NCBI GenBank assembly: GCA_963760615.1
Contig: CAVXDX010000014.1
Location: 71,999-135,998, forward strand
Length of the DNA stretch: 64,000 nt
Source of the DNA: an uncultured Candidatus Micrarchaeota archaeon
Lineage (GTDB): Archaea; Micrarchaeota; Micrarchaeia; Burarchaeales; Fermentimicrarchaeaceae
Direction of reading: 5' to 3'
The translations under genes were made by a program, and so were the position numbers. Numbering within the stretch: the first letter of the stretch is position 1; each line of letters begins with the position of its first letter. A model generated the notes under the pieces. It was not told the DNA's origin and searched no databases. It saw nothing but the letters and a program-made list of their open reading frames with translations. Positions 46,139 to 56,211 of this stretch are shown in pieces.

Positions 46139-47863
46139 ATGCTTGAAACGAGGATGGATTTGCTGATGGAGCAGGTGGAGAGGAAGAAGGCTGTTTCTCT
46201 TGATGAGCTTGCAGCAAAGCTGAAGTGGGATGTTGCCGGTGTTGAGAGGGCATGCAAGATGCTTGAGAGGAAGGGCATTGTGGAACTGAGGTATCCCCTC
46301 AACATAATGGAAAGACCTTCGGTGATACTGAAGAAACCGCTTGAGCACGTTGGCAGGCCGGCAAGGCCGGCTGGAGAGGTGCTCGAATCCTACAGAGTCA
46401 TTTCTGATAATGTCCCAGGGGAGGTTAGGATACTCAAGAAGAAGGGGGAACAGAAGCCAAGCTATTATATTTCGCCACCAGAGATAGGGCCCTACACGCG
46501 CCTCCTCCTTGACAGCACTAAGGACGAGATGGGCAAGCTCGTCACGGTTAACATTGATGAGATAATGGATAACGCAAAAAGCGCTGAGGTCAAGATGAAG
46601 TTCTGCGAGGTTGGAGGAAAAAGGGTCAGGGAGGTTCTTCCGAATCTAGAAGATAATGAAGTGGATATCCTTTCGGGGATACTGCTGCACGAGACGTACG
46701 GGCTGGGGGAGCTTGAGCTGCTCATGTCGGACGATAACCTTGAGGAGGTGGCAGTGAACAACGCCCAGGTGCCCATTGCCGTGTATCACAAGAAATACGG
46801 GTGGATGGAGACCAATATGAAGATGAAGAGCGAGGAGGAGATAGCGAACTATGCAATGCAGATTGGCAGGAAGGCCGGGAGACAGATAAGCCTTCTGAAC
46901 CCAATACTGGATGCCCACCTCGCTTCAGGGGACAGGGTGTATGCAAGCCTCTCCCCAATTTCGACAAAGGGGAATACAATAACCATAAGGAGGTTTGCAA
47001 GAAACCCCTGGACTATCACCGATTTCATGGGTGAGAAGCTCAAAACAATATCAACCGAGATGGCAGCCTTTCTCTGGCAGGCGATTCACTACGAGATGAA
47101 CGTGCTCGTTGCTGGCGGGACTGCGTCGGGAAAAACGAGCATGCTGAACACACTCTGCTCATTCATGCCATCCCACCAGAGGGTTGTGAGCATAGAGGAT
47201 ACAAGAGAGCTCGCCTTGCCCTCATTCATATGGAACTGGGTGCCCATGCTCACAAGGCTTCCCAACCCTGAGGGGCTTGGCGAGATCAGCATGCTCAACC
47301 TCATGCTTGCTTCACTGAGGATGAGGCCTGACAGGATAATTGTAGGCGAAATAAGGAGGAGGAGCGAGGCTGAAGTGCTGTTCGAGGCAATGCACACTGG
47401 CCATGCGGTATGTTCAACAATGCATGCGGATACTTCGGCGCAGGTTTTAAGAAGGCTCATGGAGCCTCCCATTGAGATACCCATGGTGGAGCTGGAATCG
47501 CTGCACCTGCTCGTGGTCCAGTACAGGGACAGGAGGAGCAACATAAGGAGGACTCTTGAGATAAGCGAGATAGTGCCTGGAATTGGCGGTGAGAAGCTCA
47601 GCATGAACCACATATACCACTGGAGGCCCAGGGGGGATGTCTTTGAGAAGTCCAATGAGCCCATCAGGATTTATGAGGACCTCAACCTGCATACCGGCAT
47701 GACACAGAAGGAGATAGTTGAAGATTTGACAGAGAGAAAAGCCATACTGGAGTGGATGGTGAAGAGCAACGTCAACACCGTTGACAGGGTTGGGGAGGTC
47801 ATGCAGGAGTACTACAACTCACCTCAGGAGTTTGTTGAGAAGTATAAGATAAAAACAAGGTGA
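46139..47863 (+). CDS. Type II/IV secretion (TadA/VirB11-like) assembly ATPase
   Basis: LEEVAVN, TITIRRF, AGGTASGKTS, SIEDTRE, LRMRPDRIIVGEIR, AMHTGH, TMHAD. Confidence 0.96.
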   Translation: MLETRMDLLMEQVERKKAVSLDELAAKLKWDVAGVERACKMLERKGIVELRYPLNIMERPSVILKKPLEHVGRPARPAGEVLESYRVISDNVPGEVRILKKKGEQKPSYYISPPEIGPYTRLLLDSTKDEMGKLVTVNIDEIMDNAKSAEVKMKFCEVGGKRVREVLPNLEDNEVDILSGILLHETYGLGELELLMSDDNLEEVAVNNAQVPIAVYHKKYGWMETNMKMKSEEEIANYAMQIGRKAGRQISLLNPILDAHLASGDRVYASLSPISTKGNTITIRRFARNPWTITDFMGEKLKTISTEMAAFLWQAIHYEMNVLVAGGTASGKTSMLNTLCSFMPSHQRVVSIEDTRELALPSFIWNWVPMLTRLPNPEGLGEISMLNLMLASLRMRPDRIIVGEIRRRSEAEVLFEAMHTGHAVCSTMHADTSAQVLRRLMEPPIEIPMVELESLHLLVVQYRDRRSNIRRTLEISEIVPGIGGEKLSMNHIYHWRPRGDVFEKSNEPIRIYEDLNLHTGMTQKEIVEDLTERKAILEWMVKSNVNTVDRVGEVMQEYYNSPQEFVEKYKIKTR

Positions 47864-47884
47864 TTCGCCACGAGAGTCCCATTC

Positions 47885-48748
47885 ATGTTTTTTTCAGCCG
47901 AGCAGGCCTCAAGGATAAACAGGAGGTTCATAGGCATAGGCAATCTGCTCGTAAGGCTCTACCCTGTTTTGAAGTATGACCTGAGAAGCGGCGGAATTGA
48001 TGCGGATGCTGGAGCCTACGCAGTTGCAGCACTCATATCCGCCATCATATGGGGGGCAGTGATGAGCGGGTTCGCGTATTTTATGCTTTCGGCAAGGGGG
48101 GTGAGCAACATCTACGCACTCTCTCTCGCCCCGGGGCTGCTCATAGCAGTCATTATACTCCTATTCCAGCTGATATACCCACGCATCATGGCTAGAACGG
48201 TTGCGGAGAGGGTGGACAGGGAGCTCATATTTGCTTTGAAGGACATGTATGTGCAGATAAATTCTGGGATATCCCTCTTTGATGCAATGTGCAACATCTC
48301 AAAATCCGACTACGGCAATGTCTCCGAGGAGTTTGAGCTTGCTGTGAGGGAGATAACCGCGGGCGAGTCTGAGGAGAATGCCCTGGAGAAGCTGGCCCTG
48401 AAGACAAAATCTGATTATTTCAAGAAGGCGCTCTGGCAGCTCATCACGGCAATGCGCTCGGGGTCGAGCACCGCTGGAGCTTTGAGGAGCGTTATAGATG
48501 TGTTGATAAGCTACCAGCACAGGGTGATAAAGAACTACGCCTCTGAGCTGAACTTCTGGATTCTGATGTTCATGCTCATTGCGGCAACAATCCCGACGCT
48601 GGGCATAACCCTTTCCGTTATCCTCTCAACATTTGGAAAAAGCGGGATAACGGAGCTCCTCTTTGCTGAGTTCGTGCTGGCGTCATTTGTGGTCCAGGCA
48701 GTCATGATAGGGTTCCTCAAGAGCAGGAGGCCAGAGGTGTACGCATGA
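47885..48748 (+). CDS. T2SS-F/TadB-like membrane platform protein
   Basis: ELIFALKDM...SGISL..A, YGNVSEEF; TM pattern; follows the ATPase. Confidence 0.88.
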   Translation: MFFSAEQASRINRRFIGIGNLLVRLYPVLKYDLRSGGIDADAGAYAVAALISAIIWGAVMSGFAYFMLSARGVSNIYALSLAPGLLIAVIILLFQLIYPRIMARTVAERVDRELIFALKDMYVQINSGISLFDAMCNISKSDYGNVSEEFELAVREITAGESEENALEKLALKTKSDYFKKALWQLITAMRSGSSTAGALRSVIDVLISYQHRVIKNYASELNFWILMFMLIAATIPTLGITLSVILSTFGKSGITELLFAEFVLASFVVQAVMIGFLKSRRPEVYA

Positions 48749-49764
48749 TGAGGGGGCTTTTCAAAGCATTTTCAGGCATCGTGCCAGCAAAATACAAGAG
48801 GAGCATAGAGGTCCTGCTGAACTACGCAGGGGTTGACGAGGACTTGGATACCTGGCTCGGCGGCAGGATAGTCGTATGCCTGCTCTTCGCTGTTATCGGC
48901 GCGCTGTTTCCCCCCACCTTGCAGTCCAATGGCATTGCTTTTGTTGACTTCACTCCAAACCTGCTGTTATACTACTCGCTCTTTGGAGCATTTCTCGCAT
49001 CTGCGCTTATGGTGATGGTGTTCTACTCGCACCTCTACTATGTGATTGATGAGAGGAGGAAGAGGGTGGAGACCATACTCCCTGACTTCCTGCTGCTCAT
49101 AGCGGCAAACCTCAGGGCCGGGATGACGCCAATATCTGCATTTATTGAGTCCTCAATGCCCGAGTTCGGACCCCTGGAGGATGAGGTGGAGATAGTGGCA
49201 TCACGCTCCATGGGGACAGAGTCATTCGTTACAGTTTTTGGAAGGCTTTGCGAGAGGATAGACTCAAGGATTCTCAAGAGGGTTGTGGGGCTTTTCACCA
49301 CTGGAATGGTCTCAGGGGGGCATCTCGCCAGGCTGCTTGAGACAAGCGCGATGGACATAAGGGAAACGCAGGAGCTGAAACAGGAGCTGTCGTCCAGCAC
49401 CAGGATGTATGTGATATTTGTCCTTTTCATTGTCCTCATAGGGATACCGCTGCTGCTATCCATCTCAATTCAATTCCTCGTCAAGCTGTCAGCCCTCAGA
49501 TCCCAGATATCAACTTCATCATTCGGAGAATTCGGGTCCTCCATGCTCTCAGTTGGAGGCTCCCTTGACCCTCAATTTGTTGAGACGATGACTTATGCGG
49601 TGCTCATAGGGACAACGCTCTCGGTGAGCATCCTCATAGGAGTGATAAACGAGGGGAAGCTGCTCTACGGGCTGCGCTATTTCCTGCCCCTGGTGGCAAT
49701 AGCGCTGATTGACTTCATGGTGTGCAAGAGCATTGTTGAGGGAATTCTTGTGTCCATGACATGA
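48745..49764 (+). CDS. T2SS-F/TadC-like membrane platform protein
   Basis: LPDFLLLIAANLRAGMTP, FGPLEDE, SGGHLARLLE. Confidence 0.88.
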   Translation: MMRGLFKAFSGIVPAKYKRSIEVLLNYAGVDEDLDTWLGGRIVVCLLFAVIGALFPPTLQSNGIAFVDFTPNLLLYYSLFGAFLASALMVMVFYSHLYYVIDERRKRVETILPDFLLLIAANLRAGMTPISAFIESSMPEFGPLEDEVEIVASRSMGTESFVTVFGRLCERIDSRILKRVVGLFTTGMVSGGHLARLLETSAMDIRETQELKQELSSSTRMYVIFVLFIVLIGIPLLLSISIQFLVKLSALRSQISTSSFGEFGSSMLSVGGSLDPQFVETMTYAVLIGTTLSVSILIGVINEGKLLYGLRYFLPLVAIALIDFMVCKSIVEGILVSMT

Positions 49765-49800
49765 AAAGCTATTTAAATGAGGCAAGCTGAAGGTATAACT

Positions 49801-50373
49801 ATGGCACAGAAGTCTGAAAAGGAGGTAGAGCAGAGGATTGAGGAGCTTCCCATGGAGTTCATAGCCCTCATCGTGTCGTCTGCTGACGTGTACGCCATGG
49901 CGCAGGAGATTGCACTTAAAGTTCTGATCACGAAGAAGGATATGGGCGGGGTATATGTGACATTCAACAGGCCCTATAGCACGCTGAAAGTATCCATTGA
50001 GGGGATGGGCTTGGATGTATCAAGGCTGTTTTTCATAGATTTGATAACAGAGAGCGCAGGTGGCTCTGCGCAGAGAGGCGCCGGGGACAAGTGCTTCTAC
50101 GTGAGCTCACCCAAGAACCTCACTGAGCTGTCGATACTCATGGAGCAGGCAATGCTGCGCCTCCCAAGGGACAAGAGGTTCGTCTTCATAGATTCCATAA
50201 GCACAATGCTAATCTACAACGACCAGGATACTGTTCTGAGGTTCATCCACTCCCTTACAGGGAAGATGAGGCTGCTTGGCATAACTGGCATAATCTTCCT
50301 GCTTGAGAAGGAGAGCGATGAGAAGTTCAAGGCCCAGGTCGCCCAGTTCTGCGATAGAGTAATCACACTCTGA
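49801..50373 (+). CDS. Truncated KaiC/RecA-fold protein lacking Walker A
   Basis: GVYVTFNRPY, LFFID, FVFIDSISTML.YN; typical of archaeal pilus loci. Confidence 0.75.
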   Translation: MAQKSEKEVEQRIEELPMEFIALIVSSADVYAMAQEIALKVLITKKDMGGVYVTFNRPYSTLKVSIEGMGLDVSRLFFIDLITESAGGSAQRGAGDKCFYVSSPKNLTELSILMEQAMLRLPRDKRFVFIDSISTMLIYNDQDTVLRFIHSLTGKMRLLGITGIIFLLEKESDEKFKAQVAQFCDRVITL

Positions 50374-50417
50374 GAAATTGTGAAAATATTTAAATAGAAT
50401 AACCTAATACTTCAGCT

Positions 50418-51182
50418 ATGAAACTCAATATATTAAAGTATATAACAGTTCTGTTTGTTTTTCTTGTTCTTCCAGAGGTATTGCAGGCACATCCAAGCTG
50501 GGTCAAGACGGGCGTTACGGCATACTACGAGGGAATCGGCGCATTCAAGAAGGGAGAGGAGTATAATTCCGGAGCTAGGATGGATATCATGGAAAGGGTT
50601 GACAGCGAGGACAACGGCAATATTGTCGTCACTTCCATATTCAGGGAACCCACTTCGGGCTATACCATAACGAATACATCAAACTACGGCCCGAATGATG
50701 CTTTGGGAGCTTTCTGGTATGATGATAAAGCACTTCAAAATATGAAAAGCGGGGATAGGGTAAACGTTTTCATTAAAGGTGTCGGCAATATACCTTTCAC
50801 AGTTACCAAGGGACCGTATCAAGACCGCATTAACGGGAAGAGTTGGGATGCTGTGATGCTGGAAGTGAAGGACAACACAGAGATAAGGCTGATTTATGAT
50901 GTCAATACGGGCCTGCTACTCCACCAGGCAGAGGTTTACCCGACCCAGGAAACTTATATCGACATAAAGTCAGTAAGCGTGGATCTGTCGACATACCAGA
51001 CTCCCGGCAGCTCGATAACGCCTCCGGTGAACCCGGGGCTAGGCGGGCAGAACAATAATACGCAGCTTGGAAACCTCGGGAATACCACTGGCGGCTTGGG
51101 CATACCAAACATTAATCCCTGCGGTAGCTTGTTCCTCTTACTGGGCGGCATTTCCTTGGCTTTCATAAGGGGTGTGATATGA
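50418..51182 (+). CDS. Secreted protein with C-terminal Cys-Gly + TM tail
   Basis: Signal peptide; G/N-rich linker; NPCGSLFLLLGGISLAFIRGVI end resembling a CGP-CTERM-like anchor. Confidence 0.75.
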   Translation: MKLNILKYITVLFVFLVLPEVLQAHPSWVKTGVTAYYEGIGAFKKGEEYNSGARMDIMERVDSEDNGNIVVTSIFREPTSGYTITNTSNYGPNDALGAFWYDDKALQNMKSGDRVNVFIKGVGNIPFTVTKGPYQDRINGKSWDAVMLEVKDNTEIRLIYDVNTGLLLHQAEVYPTQETYIDIKSVSVDLSTYQTPGSSITPPVNPGLGGQNNNTQLGNLGNTTGGLGIPNINPCGSLFLLLGGISLAFIRGVI

Positions 51183-54127
51183 TGAACCGTTACATCATTG
51201 TGCTGCTATTCCTGCTATTTCTTACTGGATGTTGCGGGTTGAGCTACAAGGACCTTGCCAACCTTGTTTCCTCAAATGAAACAGGCGGGATTGGGAATAT
51301 AGGGAACGTATTCTCAAGTCAGACAGAATGGACCTATATTGTTTACATGAACGGGAACAACAACATAGAGGCGGATGCAGTTTCTGATTTTCTTGAGATG
51401 GAGCGAGGAGGCGGCTCAACCGACAAGGTGAACATTGTAGTGCAGATGGCCCGCGGGGGCAACTACGCCGGAGAAGGAGGCTGGACAGGCGCCAGGAGGT
51501 TTCTTGTGCAGGGGGGCAATGGTCAGAACATGACCTCAGCTGTGCTGGAGGAAGTTGGAAACCCCGATATGGGAAGTCCGGACACTCTTTACAATTTTGT
51601 TTCCTGGGCGGTTGATAGGTATCCTGCAAAGAAGTATGCAGTCATCCTATGGAACCATGGGGGTGGATGGACCGGAATGCTGGAGGATGACGTGCATAAC
51701 ACAAGCATGAGCCTTGGAAAGATGAGACAGGCTTTTACGAGGATAAACCAGAAGCTCGGTAGAAAAATAGACATGGTCATTTTTGACATGTGTCTCATGG
51801 GCCAGTATGATGTGATGCTTGATACCTACCCATATGCGGATTATATGGTTGCATCTGAGGAGAGCGTCCCGGGCTACAGTTATGATTATACAACAATAGT
51901 CGGAAGCCTGAATGCAAACCCAAGCATGAGCCCGCGTGAGCTTGCAGCCATGCAAGTTGAGAAATTCAGGGAGTTCTACAAGGACAAGGAGTATGCGACA
52001 ACCATGAGCGCCTATGACCTCTCGAAATTTCCGCAACTCAAACAGGCTTTTGATTCTTTTGCGCAGGCGCTTACTGCACATGTGAGGAACGGCGGGTGGA
52101 AGGATGTCGCGGAGATGCACCAGTATGCAGACCACTACCCTCTGGGGACTGCGGAAGAAAAGATATTCTCCTTCGGAGACCTTTATGATTTTGCATCAAA
52201 TGGAATTGCATATTCATTAAATGATGCCAATCTTGGGGAAAAGGCAATGGCGCTGCAGAGAGCCATAAATAATACGCTGGTCGCAGACTATAACCACCAA
52301 AAGCACGCGCGCTCCTATGGAGTTTCGTACTACTTCCAGCCTGCGAAATGGATATACGCAAAGATAAATGCAAACAGTTATCCCCAGACAACAGCTTACA
52401 ACCAGCAGCCGTGGAGAGATTTCCTCGCCGAGTACTACTCCAAGGAGAATATGAGCTCAACAAAACCTTCCCTTTCGGATTTTGAAGTCTCCCCACTTGC
52501 CTCTCTTGTGAGGCCAGTCAGATTTTCCTACAGCATATTCGGCTCCAACATTGTGAAGAACCAGTGGCTCCAGTTCTACTATGAAAATGGGGAGTGGAAG
52601 CTTGCGCGCATAATAAGCCAAAGGGCGATGACGACCTTGGCAAACGGGAAGACAGTCTACGGAATTTCCGATGGGTTGAGCAAGGGGGTTGGGAGAAGCT
52701 CAACCATTGAGATGTTCCTGAGCGATGGGACCACCAGCGAAAGGGTGACGGTCGACAAGAGATGGCCCGCGGAGGATTTTTTTGTTGTTGCAGGAGTTTA
52801 CCAGAGGGGAAATGAGAAGGCTGATGCGCAGCTTTATTTCTACGAGTCAAATGAGAGCATTGCCGACGTCCAGATAACTGTGCAGGGGCCAGATGGGCAG
52901 CCTGTCATTGGTTATCTGCCCTCCCTGGAGGAGGGGGATATCTTCACTCCCTATGTTTACAAACTCACGCAGACAGGGATTTCACCAGAGGCGAGCCAGC
53001 CGCTTATATACAGAGCGGGCGGCGGATTCGAGCTTGAGTGGCATCTGCTCGAGCCGGGAAATTACATGGTTGCAGACATGCTCACGGATTTGATAGACCA
53101 GAGCAGCTATGTTGTCGGAACCTTGAAGGTTGGGCAGCAGCCAACCCTGACGCCCCTCACGCAGGAGGATTTGGGCAAGAACTGGCAATGCGGGCAGATA
53201 GAGCAGGGAATCACTGTGCAGTACAGGGCGGATTTCAACTTCTCAGGAGGGAACTGCGTAATGGGGGATGCGGACGGGGTTTCTGGCTGCGGGCTTACCT
53301 ACTCCGACAGGGCAATACCGCACATGGATATCTACATGAAGGACAGGTTTGAAACTTTGCATTTCATAGCTTCAAGAGTTAGTGACGATGCAATGTGGCT
53401 GTTTGATCTTGGAGGGACAGACCCGATGTACTGCGTGACTTCAGGGAGCGCTCCTCCTTCAACTTCGGTTTACAAAGACCTCTATGCTAGCATCGGTGAC
53501 AACGCACCGGATTTGGAAGCTAGGCAGGTTGACAGCGAAGGGATAAGAGGCAGCTGGGAGAGCGCTTCCAACCAGATGAAGCTCGCCTTGAATAATGACG
53601 GAACTTTCACATGGAATATCGGCACGCATGTAATAAGCGGAAGGTATTCGGTAAACAAGACCTACCTGGCTCTAGCTGCAGTTTCCCCCTCTTCAGATTA
53701 TTCGACAACATTCTACTACCTGAGGGGGGAGCACAAGCTCGTTCTATACGATACCTCAAACAGAGAAATAGTTTTCAATAGGCCTGGCGAGACTATTCCA
53801 GAAGCATCAAATGCGCCCGCTCCTGCAGTTGCACCCGGAAGCGCGCAAACGCAGCAACAGCAGCCTTACCAGCCGCAGGCTCCTCCCAACGAGCTTGTGG
53901 GGCAGTGGTACAACTCATACACAAATACAATGCTGGCGCTTGATGCTACAGGGTATTACACTCTGCTTGACGGGGGCAATTATTACTACGGAGCCTACAC
54001 GGTTCAGGGAGGAGTGCTCGGCCTGAGCTGGGCGGGGCAGATAGTTCAGTATCGCTACCAGCTCAGCGGAAACGCGCTCACACTGCAGGGGCAGGGCGTA
54101 ACCATAACTCTGATGAGATATTCGTAG
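51179..54127 (+). CDS. Clostripain-family (C11) cysteine peptidase lipoprotein with C-terminal beta domains
   Basis: FLTGCCG lipobox; WTYIVYMNGNNN, LWNHGGGW (His), FDMCLMG (Cys), ASEESVPG; C-terminal repeats I.G.W / LVGQW. Confidence 0.92.
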   Translation: MMNRYIIVLLFLLFLTGCCGLSYKDLANLVSSNETGGIGNIGNVFSSQTEWTYIVYMNGNNNIEADAVSDFLEMERGGGSTDKVNIVVQMARGGNYAGEGGWTGARRFLVQGGNGQNMTSAVLEEVGNPDMGSPDTLYNFVSWAVDRYPAKKYAVILWNHGGGWTGMLEDDVHNTSMSLGKMRQAFTRINQKLGRKIDMVIFDMCLMGQYDVMLDTYPYADYMVASEESVPGYSYDYTTIVGSLNANPSMSPRELAAMQVEKFREFYKDKEYATTMSAYDLSKFPQLKQAFDSFAQALTAHVRNGGWKDVAEMHQYADHYPLGTAEEKIFSFGDLYDFASNGIAYSLNDANLGEKAMALQRAINNTLVADYNHQKHARSYGVSYYFQPAKWIYAKINANSYPQTTAYNQQPWRDFLAEYYSKENMSSTKPSLSDFEVSPLASLVRPVRFSYSIFGSNIVKNQWLQFYYENGEWKLARIISQRAMTTLANGKTVYGISDGLSKGVGRSSTIEMFLSDGTTSERVTVDKRWPAEDFFVVAGVYQRGNEKADAQLYFYESNESIADVQITVQGPDGQPVIGYLPSLEEGDIFTPYVYKLTQTGISPEASQPLIYRAGGGFELEWHLLEPGNYMVADMLTDLIDQSSYVVGTLKVGQQPTLTPLTQEDLGKNWQCGQIEQGITVQYRADFNFSGGNCVMGDADGVSGCGLTYSDRAIPHMDIYMKDRFETLHFIASRVSDDAMWLFDLGGTDPMYCVTSGSAPPSTSVYKDLYASIGDNAPDLEARQVDSEGIRGSWESASNQMKLALNNDGTFTWNIGTHVISGRYSVNKTYLALAAVSPSSDYSTTFYYLRGEHKLVLYDTSNREIVFNRPGETIPEASNAPAPAVAPGSAQTQQQQPYQPQAPPNELVGQWYNSYTNTMLALDATGYYTLLDGGNYYYGAYTVQGGVLGLSWAGQIVQYRYQLSGNALTLQGQGVTITLMRYS

Positions 54128-54135
54128 GTGGTTGC

Positions 54136-54462
54136 ATGCTGGAAATTAAGAATGAGGAAGAGCTGAAGAAGCTTCTGGCTTCCAATAAAAAATTGCTGGC
54201 TCTTTTCTTCGCGAGCTGGTGCCCCTACTCCAGGGCGTTCAGGCCTATTTTCGAGAGCGAGGCTGGGAAGCTGAAGAGCTGCGCATGCGCAGTTGCCGTG
54301 GTTGATGAGGATGACAACCCGCTGTGGGATAGGTGCAATGTAGAACGTGTTCCAACTGTGGTTTATTTCAAAGACGGAAAGGTTTTTAAGAAACTTGTTG
54401 AGACCCCGGGTGTGGGGCTGAGCAGGAAGGAGTTGCTGGATTTCCTGAAGAAGCTTGAGTGA
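54136..54462 (+). CDS. Thioredoxin-like protein
   Basis: FFASWCPYS (CxxS variant), VPTVVYFKDG. Confidence 0.85.
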   Translation: MLEIKNEEELKKLLASNKKLLALFFASWCPYSRAFRPIFESEAGKLKSCACAVAVVDEDDNPLWDRCNVERVPTVVYFKDGKVFKKLVETPGVGLSRKELLDFLKKLE

Positions 54463-54465
54463 GCT

Positions 54466-54993
54466 TCAAATGAGTTTTAGGAAAGTATCCTCTTTTATCT
54501 CATCTATGGACACCATGGTCATTGTCTTGCTCATTCCCGGAATTGTCCTTATCCTTTCATTCACAAATCTTCCCAGCTCGTGTACGTTCTTGAATTTTAC
54601 TTTGATTACAAGATCCCAGTCTCCGCTGATTGTATGCGTTTCAAGAACATGCGGCAGTGAGGCAACCTTCTCTCCGATATTCCTCTGAAAGGTCTTCTCC
54701 CCTCCAACGTATTCCGTGGATGCCATTATGAAAGCAGTGACATCAAAGCCGAGCTTTTTTTCATCGAGCAATGCCCTGTAGCCTCGTATAAGACCTATCT
54801 TTTCAAACCTCTTGATTTTCTCATGAACAGTGGACATGGGCATGCCAACCTCTTTTGCAACTTCTTTCAGGCTTCTTCTGCACTCTTTCTGAAGCTTTTC
54901 CAGCAGTATCAAATCCTTCTCGTCCAGTGAGATTTTTTCCAAAATATTCACCTCTTTTCGTAAATTTTTCCATATTATTTCTAAAAAATTCAT
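54466..54993 (-). CDS. Lrp/AsnC transcriptional regulator
   Basis: LDEKD..LL..LQKECR.S..EVAK..G...STVHEKIKR HTH; ISGDWDLVIKV RAM domain. Confidence 0.93.
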   Translation of the reverse strand: MNFLEIIWKNLRKEVNILEKISLDEKDLILLEKLQKECRRSLKEVAKEVGMPMSTVHEKIKRFEKIGLIRGYRALLDEKKLGFDVTAFIMASTEYVGGEKTFQRNIGEKVASLPHVLETHTISGDWDLVIKVKFKNVHELGRFVNERIRTIPGMSKTMTMVSIDEIKEDTFLKLI

Positions 54994-55075
54994 TATTTAC
55001 GGAAATTTTCCATATTTTATTGATAAAGTTATAAATATTACTGGTATATAAGATTATGCCATGGAGGTGTGGTGG

Positions 55076-55219
55076 GTGAGTAGAAAGACTGCAGGCGGTG
55101 AGTTTATAAAAGGTCTGCTAGACAGGCTCGGCACAGATGCAGACACCAGCAGCTTTCACACCTCGGCTTTTACGCATTCCTTTGAGGGGATAAAAGCTAG
55201 GTTCAGGGAGTTGAAGTGA
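55076..55219 (+). CDS. 47-aa hypothetical microprotein
   Basis: Own translation from GTG: MSRKTAGGEFIKGLLDRLGTDADTSSFHTSAFTHSFEGIKARFRELK; GGAGGTG upstream; divergent from Lrp. Confidence 0.45.
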   Translation: MSRKTAGGEFIKGLLDRLGTDADTSSFHTSAFTHSFEGIKARFRELK

Positions 55220-55397
55220 AACCGGGTGAAACTAGCAGATAGGCGGAAGGGAATTTGGGAGGGGAGAGGCTCGCTTTTTCTGATGTCAAAAGTTTAAATA
55301 GAATAAGACAGTTCAGTCTACTTATCCCTTTTATCCTCTACCTTCTGCATTGATTCTCACAGGATTCAATACACGCTTTCCTACGTTAGCATTTGGT

Positions 55398-56048
55398 TTA
55401 CTTGATGGGCTGCCCACCACAGTATTGTGTATTTCTCAAGCACTGCTCCTTGGTGTTATTATTAACTACTTTATTGCAGAGTGAGGTATCGCATTGTGAT
55501 GAAGCAATGTTCATGTAGCAACTGTCCTTGGAATTCGATGTTTTTATCTTTTCGCAAAATGTGGAATCCCCAGCTTTTGATGCATACTGCGAATAGCAAC
55601 TATCCTTAAGGTATGTCTCAGTAATCTTATCACAAGCAGTTACATCATCCTTCTGTGTTGCATAAGTGGAGTAGCAGTTATTCTTCTGCGTTCCAGCACC
55701 ATCGCAAAGAGTTACATCGCTTTTAAGCACTGCAAGACCGGAGTAGCAACTGGCTCTTTGGTATTCGCCCACTTTTTTGCATATTGATGCGTTCTCCCTT
55801 TTATAAGCCAGACCCATATAGCAGTAGTCTGAGAAATGCATGTTCTCTATATCCGGCATTCCCTCGCAGGTTTTCATCTCGGGATCTGTCTGCTCAACTA
55901 CTTGCTGCACAGGAGGACATTGCGAGGCATTTGCAACAATCGCCCCGTTAGGACATACGTATTCTCTTTGAACCTGGCCACCTGTCTGTGTGCATCCAGC
56001 TAGAAATAAAGTTACGACTAAAATTAAAAGCAGTAGATAGGCTTTCAT
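55398..56048 (-). CDS. Cys-rich repeat lipoprotein
   Basis: FLAGC lipobox; about five repeats of CY..(Y/A)A....D...C..I. Confidence 0.8.
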   Translation of the reverse strand: MKAYLLLLILVVTLFLAGCTQTGGQVQREYVCPNGAIVANASQCPPVQQVVEQTDPEMKTCEGMPDIENMHFSDYCYMGLAYKRENASICKKVGEYQRASCYSGLAVLKSDVTLCDGAGTQKNNCYSTYATQKDDVTACDKITETYLKDSCYSQYASKAGDSTFCEKIKTSNSKDSCYMNIASSQCDTSLCNKVVNNNTKEQCLRNTQYCGGQPIK

Positions 56049-56211
56049 ATACGACCACCCAGGGATATTAGCATATCGGGTTTTAAAAAACTATCTATTT
56101 GTAAATTAGATATGAATCTAATAACCAAGGAGCCTTTGATGCTGTCCAGCAGAAGCAGTTGATGGGGTATACCGAAGCAAGCTTAAATATCTGAAAAGGC
56201 ATATTTTAAGC

